Made by a program: the position numbers and the translations under genes. The notes beneath the pieces are model-generated. The model was not told the DNA's origin and did no database searches. It saw nothing but the letters and a program-made list of their open reading frames with translations. From Elusimicrobiota bacterium (GTDB taxonomy: Bacteria > Elusimicrobiota > Elusimicrobia > UBA1565), in the NCBI GenBank assembly GCA_043827405.1, contig JBDRPD010000083.1, forward strand, positions 128,001 through 192,000: DNA of 64,000 nucleotides, read 5' to 3'. The stretch's first letter is position 1, and each line of letters starts with the position of its first letter. Positions 1-11,078 of this stretch are shown here, piece by piece.

Positions 1-716
1 TAGGGGCAGCCGTGCTGTATCTCATGGCTCTCACCACCCGTGAAAAAGCGTTGTCGCAGTCCTACGAGAATGCGACGGTGCTCGTCGCGCGCGTGGATAT
101 TCCTGAACGCACGCTGCTGAAGGAGGATCTCGTCGTCACCAAGGCCGTGCCGCGCAAGTTTATGGCCCAGGATTCGATCGAGATCAAGACTCCTTCCGAT
201 GTGAAGATGATCACCAACCTGGTCACCCGGGTGCGCATTCCCAAGGGCAATCAGGTGTCGCAGTCGGCGCTGACCTCGCTGTCGCCCACGTCGGGATTGA
301 GCGTCAAGATCCCGCCGGGTTACCGCGGCGCCGTGGTGCCTATCGACTCGGCGTTGATGAAACTGGTCAAGCCGGGCGACCGCGTGGATATCCTGGTAAC
401 CTTTGACGCGCTGATGGCCGATAACCGCAAGGAAAAGGTGACGGCCACTATCCTGCAGAATGTTCTCGTCCTCGGCGTCGGCAGCGATCTCGGCCAGGGC
501 CAGACGGCCAAGGAGTGGCAGGAGAAGAATAAAGAGGAGAAGAAGAGCTCCGCTTTCGCGGAAAAGGGCATTCTCAGCTGCGCCCTGAATCCGAACGAAG
601 CCCAGTATCTGGGGCTGGCTATGAAGCAGGGAGATATCACCATTATCCTGCGCGGCCTCGGGGATATAGAAATGCATCCGATGGAGATGGCGAGCTTTAG
701 AAAACTATTCCGCTAG
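1..716 (+). CDS. cpaB: Flp pilus assembly protein CpaB/RcpC (5' partial; frame is open to the window edge)
   Basis: SAF-like VLVARVDIPERTLL, then RcpC motifs IPPGYRG, VKPGDRVDILVT and ILQNVLVLGVG; first gene of a Tad cluster. Confidence 0.9.
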   Translation, partial: GAAVLYLMALTTREKALSQSYENATVLVARVDIPERTLLKEDLVVTKAVPRKFMAQDSIEIKTPSDVKMITNLVTRVRIPKGNQVSQSALTSLSPTSGLSVKIPPGYRGAVVPIDSALMKLVKPGDRVDILVTFDALMADNRKEKVTATILQNVLVLGVGSDLGQGQTAKEWQEKNKEEKKSSAFAEKGILSCALNPNEAQYLGLAMKQGDITIILRGLGDIEMHPMEMASFRKLFR

Positions 717-769
717 GTCGGTCGCAAAAATCAAGGCGTAACTTGTTTCGGCGTCAACGGTAAGACATC

Positions 770-1561
770 ATGATTCGACAACAACGGCGTACTGCCGGCG
801 CGGTCTTCTTGGCTTTTCTTCTGCAGTTCCCGGGCCTGCCGGTTTGGGCTCAGGAGGATAGCGCAGCGGAGGAGGAGACGGACCAGTCGGAGGTGATGAT
901 TGCGGTCAGTGCCGACGTCGTTGAGATCAGCGGCTCGATCGCCAAGGATGTCGGTTTCAGCTGGACGCCGTTCACAACGGGAATCAACTTCGCGGAGAAG
1001 GCGCCGATACCGGGCCTCATCGACATCGCGGACTTTGAGCGGCTGACCCAGCTGCAGACGTCTTTGAAGATGCTCGAAACGGAGGGCAAGGCGCAGCTGC
1101 TGTCGAATCCCAAGATCATCACCAAGAACGCAACGCAGGCGAATTTCGTTGTCGGCGGCGATCAGCCCTACCCCGTGACCAATAACCAGGGGGTGGGAGT
1201 GGAATTCAAGAAGTTCGGGGTGATCCTTAACATTTTGCCGGTGGTGAACCCCAACAAGAAGAACTATATCGACGCGCAGCTGCAGCTGGAGGTGTCCAAT
1301 CCGGATTTCTCGAAGCCCGTGACGGTCGGCAATACGACGGTCCCCGCGATCGTGACGCGGCAAATCCAAACGGAGGTGGAGATCAAGAGCGGTGAGACGA
1401 TCGTCATTGGCGGGTTGAAGTCGAGCGCGAAGAACCAAACCAAGACGCGCGTGCCGTTTATTGGCCATCTGCCTATTATTGGAAAGCTGTTTACGACGAC
1501 CAGCATCATCGAGGAGCAGAAGTCGCTGTTTCTGTTCGTGACTTTTGAGATCATAGAGTAG
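770..1561 (+). CDS. Short secretin (CpaC/RcpA-like; secretin domain only)
   Basis: Signal peptide; secretin motifs LETEGKAQLLSNPKI, FKKFGVILNILP, SGETIVIGGL and RVPFIGHLPIIGKLF. Confidence 0.85.
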   Translation: MIRQQRRTAGAVFLAFLLQFPGLPVWAQEDSAAEEETDQSEVMIAVSADVVEISGSIAKDVGFSWTPFTTGINFAEKAPIPGLIDIADFERLTQLQTSLKMLETEGKAQLLSNPKIITKNATQANFVVGGDQPYPVTNNQGVGVEFKKFGVILNILPVVNPNKKNYIDAQLQLEVSNPDFSKPVTVGNTTVPAIVTRQIQTEVEIKSGETIVIGGLKSSAKNQTKTRVPFIGHLPIIGKLFTTTSIIEEQKSLFLFVTFEIIE

Positions 1562-1563
1562 CC

Positions 1564-4139
<2,576 letters not shown>

Positions 4140-4143
<4 letters not shown>

Positions 4144-5654
4144 GAACAATTCTGGCGGGCCTCATGCTTTGTCTGTCCGGCGCCGCGTCGGCTGCGGCGC
4201 AGGGCTTTACGCGGGAGCAGATCCACTACCTCGTCGATCAGCAGAAAGGCGCCGAGGCGCGTGCCCAGTACATCTACCACTATTTCAAGAAGGAGCGCGA
4301 TCCGAACCTGCAGGTCCCCAAATGGGTCGATGAGGTTCTTGACCCCATGTTGGCGCGTCCCGTGTGGCAGGACCCCGAGGAGGGCATGCTCAATGAGGCG
4401 CAGCTGTGGCAGGCGCCGGTCTCGGTGCTTTACGAGTTTTTCGAGCATACGCGCAAGACCTTCCCCCAGGAGTTCAACGGCAGCCTGCAGCCGCCGTACA
4501 CGCTGATAAAGGACTATGAGGACAGCCGGGTACGCTTCCAGATGGCGCTCGACCGGCTCTATCGTGCCCGCATGGGCGATTCCCTGGGCGGCCGCGGCCG
4601 CTCCGTGCTGTCCAACTTCGATCTTATTTTGAAGCAGATGGACGCCGTTCTTGACGCTTTGACCAGCCAGGACCCGAAGCGCTATGTCGATTCGGTGATG
4701 GCGGTAGGGCGGCTCACGCAGCAGGTCTACGGCATCATGCACCACGATCCGCGCGGCTACGAGCCGCCGCAGGACCCGGCCAAGAAGTTCCCGGCCTCGG
4801 CGTCGCTGTTTTTGAAGATTATCGGCATGGTGCTGATCTTTATCGCGCTGTGGAGCTGGGGCAGCCTCAACGCCAAGTGGGTCAACGACAAGTTCGAGGA
4901 GCGCGTCGCCGAGGCCAAGAACTGGGCCAATGAGTTCAATAAGCAGTTTCTCAAGATTAAGGTGCAGTATATGATTCTGACGCCGGTCGGTGTCGGGCTG
5001 CTGCTCGGCATTGTCTCGCTCAATATCTGGGGACTGCTATTCTGCACCTTCGTGGGCGCCTATGTCGGCATCAAGCTGCCGGAGTGGATTCTCAATGTCG
5101 TGCGCTACCGCCGCGGCCGCAAGGTCGAGGCCCAGCTTATGGATGCCATGATCCTGATGTCCAATGCCCTGAAATCGGGGCTCGACATAGTTCAGGGTTT
5201 CGAGCTCGTGCAGCGTGATTTGGTGCCGCCGATCTCGGAGGAGTATGGGCTTGTTATCAAGAACTACTCGCTCGGCACGTCTTTTGAGCAGGCGCTGCAG
5301 GGGATGGAGAAGCGCATCGAAAGCCGCCTGCTGTCGTACATGATCAAGGCCATCGTCATCCAGCGCGCGGTCGGCGGCAATATGACCAAGATCTTCGACC
5401 GCATTGTCGATAACATCCGCGAGGAAGGCAAGCTCGAGGAGAAGGCGCAGGCGATGACGGCGCAGCAGCGCATCCAGTCGCTGGTCGTGGGGTTCATGCC
5501 CTGGGCGATGCTGGTGCTGATGTGGCTGTTCCAGCCGGAAGTGATGTCGGCGTACTATTTTAGCCCGCTGGGGATGGCGACGATCATCTTCTGCGTGGTG
5601 TGGATGAGCATCGGCATGGGCATCGTACGAAAGCTCGCCGATATACAGGTATAG
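4140..5654 (+). CDS. tadB: TadB-like T2SSF inner-membrane platform protein with an N-terminal exported extension
   Basis: C-terminal QLMDAMILMSNALKSG, IQRAVGGNM and AMTAQQR; ATGA overlap with cpaF; N-terminal signal peptide. Confidence 0.85.
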
Positions 5655-5656
5655 CC

Positions 5657-6562
5657 ATGATGACTGGACAATTCGGGACGATATTTCTCTTCGCCGTGGG
5701 CGTGCTCGGCTCGATGGCCGTGTTCACGCTTGTGCAGCGCATGATCAAGCCGCCGGAAGAAGCGCCGACCTCGCTCACGCGCATCGGCGGCGGCAAGAAA
5801 ATGGGGGACATCTCTCCCTGGGAGTCGCTCAATCCCAATCGGGGTTTTATCGACCGCATCGATATCTTCCTCGTGCACAACTGCCGAATGGGCGACAAGC
5901 TTGAGACCCTGCATACTTTGCTCGGCAAGCCGAAGAAGCCGACACCGCTCAATATCCTGCACATGAAGGAGCTGGCCGCCGCGGGGGTCGCAGCCTTTGT
6001 TTACTTTATGCTCGAGAGCTGGCAGCTGGCGCTGCTGCTGGGCCCGATCGCTTTCTTCCTGCCGGACTTCTACTTCAAGGGCAAGATCGACGAGCGGCAG
6101 AGATCAATCATCCGCAACTTCCCGGCACTCGTCGATTTGGCGGCGCTTACCATCGAAGCCGGCCTCGACTATATGACGGCCTTCGAGCGCATCATCCAGG
6201 CGGCCCGGCAAAAGACGGAGCTGGAAGTGGAGTTCGAACGCATGCTCTCTGAGATATCGCTGGGCTACGCGCGCCGCGAGGCGCTGCGCCGGCTGGCGAT
6301 GCGCACCGGCCTGCAGGATATCCGCTCATTCGTCGGGCTTATCGTGCAGTCGGACGAACTCGGTACCAGCCTGGTGGACCTGCTGCGCAACTATTCGGCC
6401 GATATGCGCTTCCGCCGTCTCAACCAGGCCGAGAAGGCCGCGGCGCAGGCGGCGACCAAGATGCTTATTCCGATCTTCTTCTTCATCTTCCCGACGGTAT
6501 TTATCCTGATGCTGTCGCCGATGGTTTTCAATATGTTCAAGAGCGGAGGGATGGGCTTCTAG
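5657..6562 (+). CDS. tadC: TadC-like T2SSF protein (start reassigned from 5600 to the ATG at 5657)
   Basis: FPALVDLAALTIEAGL, GTSLVDLLR and AEKAAAQAATKMLIPIFFFIFP; directly follows tadB. Confidence 0.88.
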   Translation: MMTGQFGTIFLFAVGVLGSMAVFTLVQRMIKPPEEAPTSLTRIGGGKKMGDISPWESLNPNRGFIDRIDIFLVHNCRMGDKLETLHTLLGKPKKPTPLNILHMKELAAAGVAAFVYFMLESWQLALLLGPIAFFLPDFYFKGKIDERQRSIIRNFPALVDLAALTIEAGLDYMTAFERIIQAARQKTELEVEFERMLSEISLGYARREALRRLAMRTGLQDIRSFVGLIVQSDELGTSLVDLLRNYSADMRFRRLNQAEKAAAQAATKMLIPIFFFIFPTVFILMLSPMVFNMFKSGGMGF

Positions 6563-6566
6563 TTTT

Positions 6567-7895
6567 ATGAGGACGTGCACCGCAACTCTTCTCGCCGGGC
6601 TGCTTCTGGCGGCCGCTCCGGCCGGGGCGCAGAAGATCCCGGCCGACGAAAAGCGACCGAGCATGGAGAGCCTGTTTTTGGATTTCTCCAAGACGCATCT
6701 CGGTCCCATCGGCAAGGAGGATGCCAAGCGCAAGTACCTCTATACCATCCAGCTCGAGAAGTCCCGGCTGTCGCATTCGCTGCTGCGTACGATCTACAGT
6801 AACGCCTACGACCTCTACCGGCAGGGAGACTACGACGGGGCGCGCGAGCTGACGGCGAAAATTCTGCAGATGGACCCGAGCTTCCAGGATGCGGCGATTC
6901 TGCACCGGGCCGCGGCCGAACTGCGCGGGTCGTCGAAGCCTATGGTCTCCGGACGCAAGCTGGTCGAGTCGCGGTTTGAGGAAGGCTTGTCGCTCTATCG
7001 TCAAGGGCGCCTGGTTGAGGCGTCCAAGCGCTGGGAGGAGGCGGTCAAGCTTGCGCCCGGCAACCTCAAGGCGCGCTACTGGCTTAAGAAGGTCCGCCGC
7101 GAGCTCGCGGACGAGCATTTTCGCCGCGGGCAGCGGGCCTACCGCCAGCATCGCCTGCGCGACGCTCTGGACCAGTGGTACGCGGCGCTGATCCTGAATC
7201 CGCGCTACCCGCGGCTGATGGACGTGATCTCCAAAGCGGAGTCCGAGATACGCCGCCAGCAGGCCAACGAGAAACTGCAGCGGGCGCTGCAGCTTTACGG
7301 GCAGGGCAATACCACGGAGTCGCTCAAGGTGCTCGACGAGGTGCTCGAGATCGCGCCGGGAGAGAAGAAGGCGGAAAAGCTTATCTCCGAGATTCGGCTC
7401 GAGATCGGCACGCAGCACGTCGCTCAAGGCCGCGGTCTGTACCGCCAACGCAAGTACACCGGCGCCATCGCGGAGTGGAACAAGGCGGTAGAGTACGGCT
7501 ACGATCCGCGGCGGGCCAATGTCCTGATCGCTAGGGCGCGGGATCAGATGCGCCGCGAGCGGGAGGAAGCGCAGCGGCGCGCCGAAGATGATGAGCGCCG
7601 GCGCCGCGAGGCTGAGCAGCGCGCCCGTGAAGACGAGGAGGCGCGTCGTCTGGCCGAGCTCGAGAAGCAGAAGCAGCTGGATGCCAAACCGCCGGAAGTC
7701 GAGCCGGAGCCCAGTGATGAGGAGAACCGGCGCCGGGCGCTCAAGCATTGGAATAACGGCATTATCTTTTTTCAGAAGGGCGACTACCCCAAAGCGCGCG
7801 ATGAATGGCTTTTGTGCAAGCAGTTTGACGCGAAGAATACGGATTGCCAGGCGGGGCTGCAGCGCATTGATAATACGTACGGCGGCGGACCGTGA
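6567..7895 (+). CDS. Exported tetratricopeptide-repeat protein with a charged coiled coil
   Basis: Signal peptide (LLLAAAPAGA); repeated G..LY.QG....A...W..A....P units; E/R-rich segment. Confidence 0.8.
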   Translation: MRTCTATLLAGLLLAAAPAGAQKIPADEKRPSMESLFLDFSKTHLGPIGKEDAKRKYLYTIQLEKSRLSHSLLRTIYSNAYDLYRQGDYDGARELTAKILQMDPSFQDAAILHRAAAELRGSSKPMVSGRKLVESRFEEGLSLYRQGRLVEASKRWEEAVKLAPGNLKARYWLKKVRRELADEHFRRGQRAYRQHRLRDALDQWYAALILNPRYPRLMDVISKAESEIRRQQANEKLQRALQLYGQGNTTESLKVLDEVLEIAPGEKKAEKLISEIRLEIGTQHVAQGRGLYRQRKYTGAIAEWNKAVEYGYDPRRANVLIARARDQMRREREEAQRRAEDDERRRREAEQRAREDEEARRLAELEKQKQLDAKPPEVEPEPSDEENRRRALKHWNNGIIFFQKGDYPKARDEWLLCKQFDAKNTDCQAGLQRIDNTYGGGP

Positions 7896-8101
7896 GTGAG
7901 ACGGTGCCGGCCGCGCCGGAAGGAAAGAGTTCGCTGCCTAAACTACTGATCGCCGGTACCGCGCTGTTCGTGCTCTTGGCGGCGGTTTCATTGGCCGCGC
8001 TGCTGCATTTCGGGCGAACGCAATCCGAGGCCGATTCGGTGAAGCACCTCGAGGATCAGGCGATCAGCGTCACGCAAGAGGAGCTCTCACGTAGAGAATA
8101 A
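7892..8101 (+). CDS. Small single-pass membrane protein
   Basis: GTGA overlap with the TPR gene; one hydrophobic helix. Confidence 0.65.
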   Translation: MSETVPAAPEGKSSLPKLLIAGTALFVLLAAVSLAALLHFGRTQSEADSVKHLEDQAISVTQEELSRRE

Positions 8102-8113
8102 GCAGGGCGCATA

Positions 8114-9250
8114 ATGAAGCTTGCGACAAAATGGTTCCTATGGTATCTCTGCATCGGCGTCTATGTGATGTTTCTGGGCGGTATTTTCTACTACAACCTT
8201 TTCAAGTGGACGTTCGATGAGAAGCTTAAGCAGCAATCGATCGACCTGGTCAAAGTCCACGCCTTCCAGCTGATCAAAGGGCTGTCGCGCAACCAGCAGT
8301 CTATCAGCATGGATGAGTACGACGTCGTCAACAACGCCCTGTCAAAAGACGAGCGGGTCGCGTCGCTGCTGTACCTCAATCGCTACGGCGAAGTCCGTTG
8401 GTACAAGGACCCCGGCGTCATCGGCAAATCCTACGATGAGTTCGCCAAGATCGTGCCGCTGCCGACCGACGCGGTCGAGCAGGCGTTTGTGACCAAGACG
8501 CCGAAGGTGCGCGCCGTGCCCGACCAACCGTTGTACGAGATCGCCATCCCGCTGGCGGTGCGCGGTGAGGTTGTCGGTATTATCGACCTGCAGATATCCC
8601 GCCGGGGGGTGCAGGAGATTATCGCCAAGGCGATGCATAAATACGTGCTCGGCGCGCTGGGCGTGCTGTTCCTGCTCGGCATACCGCTCTATTTCTTCCT
8701 GCATCACTTCGTGCTCAGCCCGCTCAGTCACTTGCGTGACGCGGTTGAGGCCATCTCATTTAAAAACCTGGACTTGAAGTTCCCGCCGCGCAAGGATGAG
8801 ATCGGCGACGTAGCCGAGGTGCTCAGCATCTTTATGCAGAAGGTGAAGGCGGAGCGCGCCAACGTTCTGGTTAAGGACAAGCAGCGGGGAGTCGCTGAGC
8901 AGCGCTGGTGGCAGTCCATCCTCAGTACCATCGTCACGTCCGAGCACCGCGCCATCGTCGTCGACGAAGACAACTCCGTCCTGTTTACTAATTTCCCCGT
9001 GCAGAAGCAGGCGCGGCCCGATGCGCCGCTGCATCTGCTCGACGTTATCGATAGCCAGCAGCAGGACGTGCTGCGGCTCGTCGGCGTCGCTCTTGATCGG
9101 CCTAACCAGATGGTTGAAACGGATACTATGTTCCAGCAGGAACCCCACCACGTACGTGCGGTGCACTTGGAGGAGGAAGGAGAGCTGCGTCGAACGCTGA
9201 TCCTTTTCGAGCCCAAGCGCAGTTCCGCCTCCGGTCCGCCGCAGGTTTGA
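8114..9250 (+). CDS. Membrane sensor-like protein (TM-periplasmic-TM-HAMP-PAS-like) with no kinase domain
   Basis: Two TM segments; HAMP signature VLSPLSHL...RKDEIGDVA; no H-box or HATPase motifs. Confidence 0.75.
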   Translation: MKLATKWFLWYLCIGVYVMFLGGIFYYNLFKWTFDEKLKQQSIDLVKVHAFQLIKGLSRNQQSISMDEYDVVNNALSKDERVASLLYLNRYGEVRWYKDPGVIGKSYDEFAKIVPLPTDAVEQAFVTKTPKVRAVPDQPLYEIAIPLAVRGEVVGIIDLQISRRGVQEIIAKAMHKYVLGALGVLFLLGIPLYFFLHHFVLSPLSHLRDAVEAISFKNLDLKFPPRKDEIGDVAEVLSIFMQKVKAERANVLVKDKQRGVAEQRWWQSILSTIVTSEHRAIVVDEDNSVLFTNFPVQKQARPDAPLHLLDVIDSQQQDVLRLVGVALDRPNQMVETDTMFQQEPHHVRAVHLEEEGELRRTLILFEPKRSSASGPPQV

Positions 9251-9255
9251 ATAAC

Positions 9256-9284
9256 TTGCGAAAAAGCGAGATTATTGCTACATA
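9256..9284 (+). promoter_or_regulatory. Putative sigma70-type promoter
   Basis: TTGCGA-17 bp-TACATA with TG extension, upstream of 9336. Confidence 0.45.
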
Positions 9285-9335
9285 AGGGAGTGCCTCAGGC
9301 GTTTCGCGTCCTTTTTCGGGGCAAGGGGGGATTAG

Positions 9336-9773
9336 GTGAGCTATCGCATTAAACGAATCGATCCATTTTGGATTGCCCATCCGGGCGTTATCGCCGTGGC
9401 TGTCGTCGGAGTGGTCTTGGCGCTCATCGGGTACAGCAAAGGCAATATTGCGATTCAGATCGTCGGCGGCGTCCTTATGGGCGGCGGCGTGCTGATCGCG
9501 ACCAAGCATGCCGTATCGGCCGTGCTGGGGGCGCTGGGTTTGATCGGCGGAGTTTTGACCTTCGTCATTCTGCCGAACCCTGAGCTGGCGGCAACGCCGA
9601 TGGGCTGGCGTCTGGTGTCTACGTTGTTTTTCGCTCTGCTGTACATGGTCCTGATGGACGCGCTTATTCTTGTCGTCTGCGGGCTGTATAACTTTTTCGG
9701 CGGCACGCTGAATTTGAAGGTCCTCGAGTTGGATATCGAAGAGGACGAAGCGGCGGCGGTCGAAGGCGAGTAA
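9336..9773 (+). CDS. Hypothetical multi-pass membrane protein
   Basis: About 4 hydrophobic helices; IKRIDP N-terminus; LYNFFGG C-terminal motif. Confidence 0.7.
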   Translation: MSYRIKRIDPFWIAHPGVIAVAVVGVVLALIGYSKGNIAIQIVGGVLMGGGVLIATKHAVSAVLGALGLIGGVLTFVILPNPELAATPMGWRLVSTLFFALLYMVLMDALILVVCGLYNFFGGTLNLKVLELDIEEDEAAAVEGE

Positions 9774-9783
9774 GGGGGCGGTC

Positions 9784-10584
9784 TTGAGAGTCAATATCTT
9801 CTGCGTCATGCGCGACCCTAACCGGGCCGGGGTACTCCTGGAGTCGCTGACGCGAAACGGCTATATGACGCATATCGCCCAGCGGGGCAAGGAGGCGCAC
9901 AGCCTTCTCGCGCAGCGCGGCTGCGACCTACTGATCATCGGCCAGCAGCTCGCCGACGGCGACGGGCTGACGCTGGTAAAATCCTTGCGCCAACGGGGGC
10001 CAACGCGACAGCTGGCTATCGTCGCTTTATTGGAACATCAGATGCCCGCCCCGCTGAGTGCGGGACGGGGGCGCTATCCCGGTTTCGGGACCGCCGCGGG
10101 ACAGATCCGGACCTCGGCGGCCGGGCAGGCCTCCGGCGCCGCGGTGGGTAAGCCGCCGGTCCGGCTGCAGTTCTTTCAGGCGGGCGCCGATGAGTGCCTG
10201 ACGCTGGATCAGGATCCGGCGGAGTGTCTGGCGCGTATCAAGGCGGTGCTGCACCGGACGATGTCGAAGCCGCAGGAAGAGATCCTGAAGATGGGGCCGA
10301 TCGAGCTTAATCTGACGAGCTACACGCTGCGCGTCGGCGGCAAGAACGTCCCCTTGACGTCAAAGGAGCTCGATCTGCTCTATGTATTTCTCAGTTCCCC
10401 GAACCGCGTGCTCAGCCGGCCGTACCTGATCGAGCGGGTCTGGGGATATAATTATTTCGGTTCGCCGCGTACGGTGGACGTGCACGTCCGCCGCCTGCGC
10501 GAGAAGCTCGGCAAGGCCGCCCGCTACATCACAACGGTGCCCTGCGTCGGCTACAAACTCATCCCGCCCGGGTCACTGGGATAG
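9784..10584 (+). CDS. OmpR/PhoB-family regulator with an atypical (pseudo-)receiver domain
   Basis: wHTH LTSKELDLL...RTVDVHVRRLREKL; receiver lacks the phospho-Asp and the conserved Lys. Confidence 0.85.
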   Translation: MRVNIFCVMRDPNRAGVLLESLTRNGYMTHIAQRGKEAHSLLAQRGCDLLIIGQQLADGDGLTLVKSLRQRGPTRQLAIVALLEHQMPAPLSAGRGRYPGFGTAAGQIRTSAAGQASGAAVGKPPVRLQFFQAGADECLTLDQDPAECLARIKAVLHRTMSKPQEEILKMGPIELNLTSYTLRVGGKNVPLTSKELDLLYVFLSSPNRVLSRPYLIERVWGYNYFGSPRTVDVHVRRLREKLGKAARYITTVPCVGYKLIPPGSLG

Positions 10585-10596
10585 CACGGGGGTCCT

Positions 10597-10983
10597 ATGG
10601 CAGATCAAGCGATTAAACTGTTGGTCATCGACGACGACGCACACCTGCGCGAGAGTCTGGCGGAAGTCCTGGAGCTCGATGGTTTTGAATGCCTGCAGGC
10701 CGGCGCGGCAAAAGAAGGCATCGATTCGGCAAAAAAGAATAATCCCAAAGTCGTGATCATGGATATTCAGCTGCCGGATTCAAGCGGCTTCCAGATTTGC
10801 CAGGAGTTGCGCCGGTACTCGAAGGAGATGATCCTTATTATGATGACCGGGCGCTTCCTCTCGGCTGAGGAGAAGACCCAAGGGTTCGAGTTGGGCGCCG
10901 ATGAGTACCTTACCAAGCCCTTCGACCTGCAGGAGCTTTCCATCCGCATCCGACAGCTCCTGACCCGGAGCCGGTCAGGCTGA
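10597..10983 (+). CDS. Single-domain response regulator receiver
   Basis: LLVIDDD, IMDIQLPD, DEYLTKPF. Confidence 0.9.
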   Translation: MADQAIKLLVIDDDAHLRESLAEVLELDGFECLQAGAAKEGIDSAKKNNPKVVIMDIQLPDSSGFQICQELRRYSKEMILIMMTGRFLSAEEKTQGFELGADEYLTKPFDLQELSIRIRQLLTRSRSG

Positions 10984-11009
10984 GCCGCGGCTTATTCCGG
11001 TACCGGGTT

Positions 11010-11072
11010 TTAACTTTTAACTTAATTTAATTTATTGGCAAAGAATATCGGTTAAATTAAGTTAAAAGTTAA
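11010..11072. repeat. Perfect 21-bp AT-rich inverted repeat with a 21-bp spacer
   Basis: TTAACTTTTAACTTAATTTAA (11010-11030) is the exact reverse complement of TTAAATTAAGTTAAAAGTTAA (11052-11072). Confidence 0.9.
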
Positions 11073-11078
11073 TAACCG

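Noticed and set aside
11040..11067. TTAAGTTAAAA resembling the XerD arm of dif
   Set aside because: No XerC-like arm at 6-bp spacing; the symmetry is a 21-21-21 inverted repeat, not a 28-bp dif
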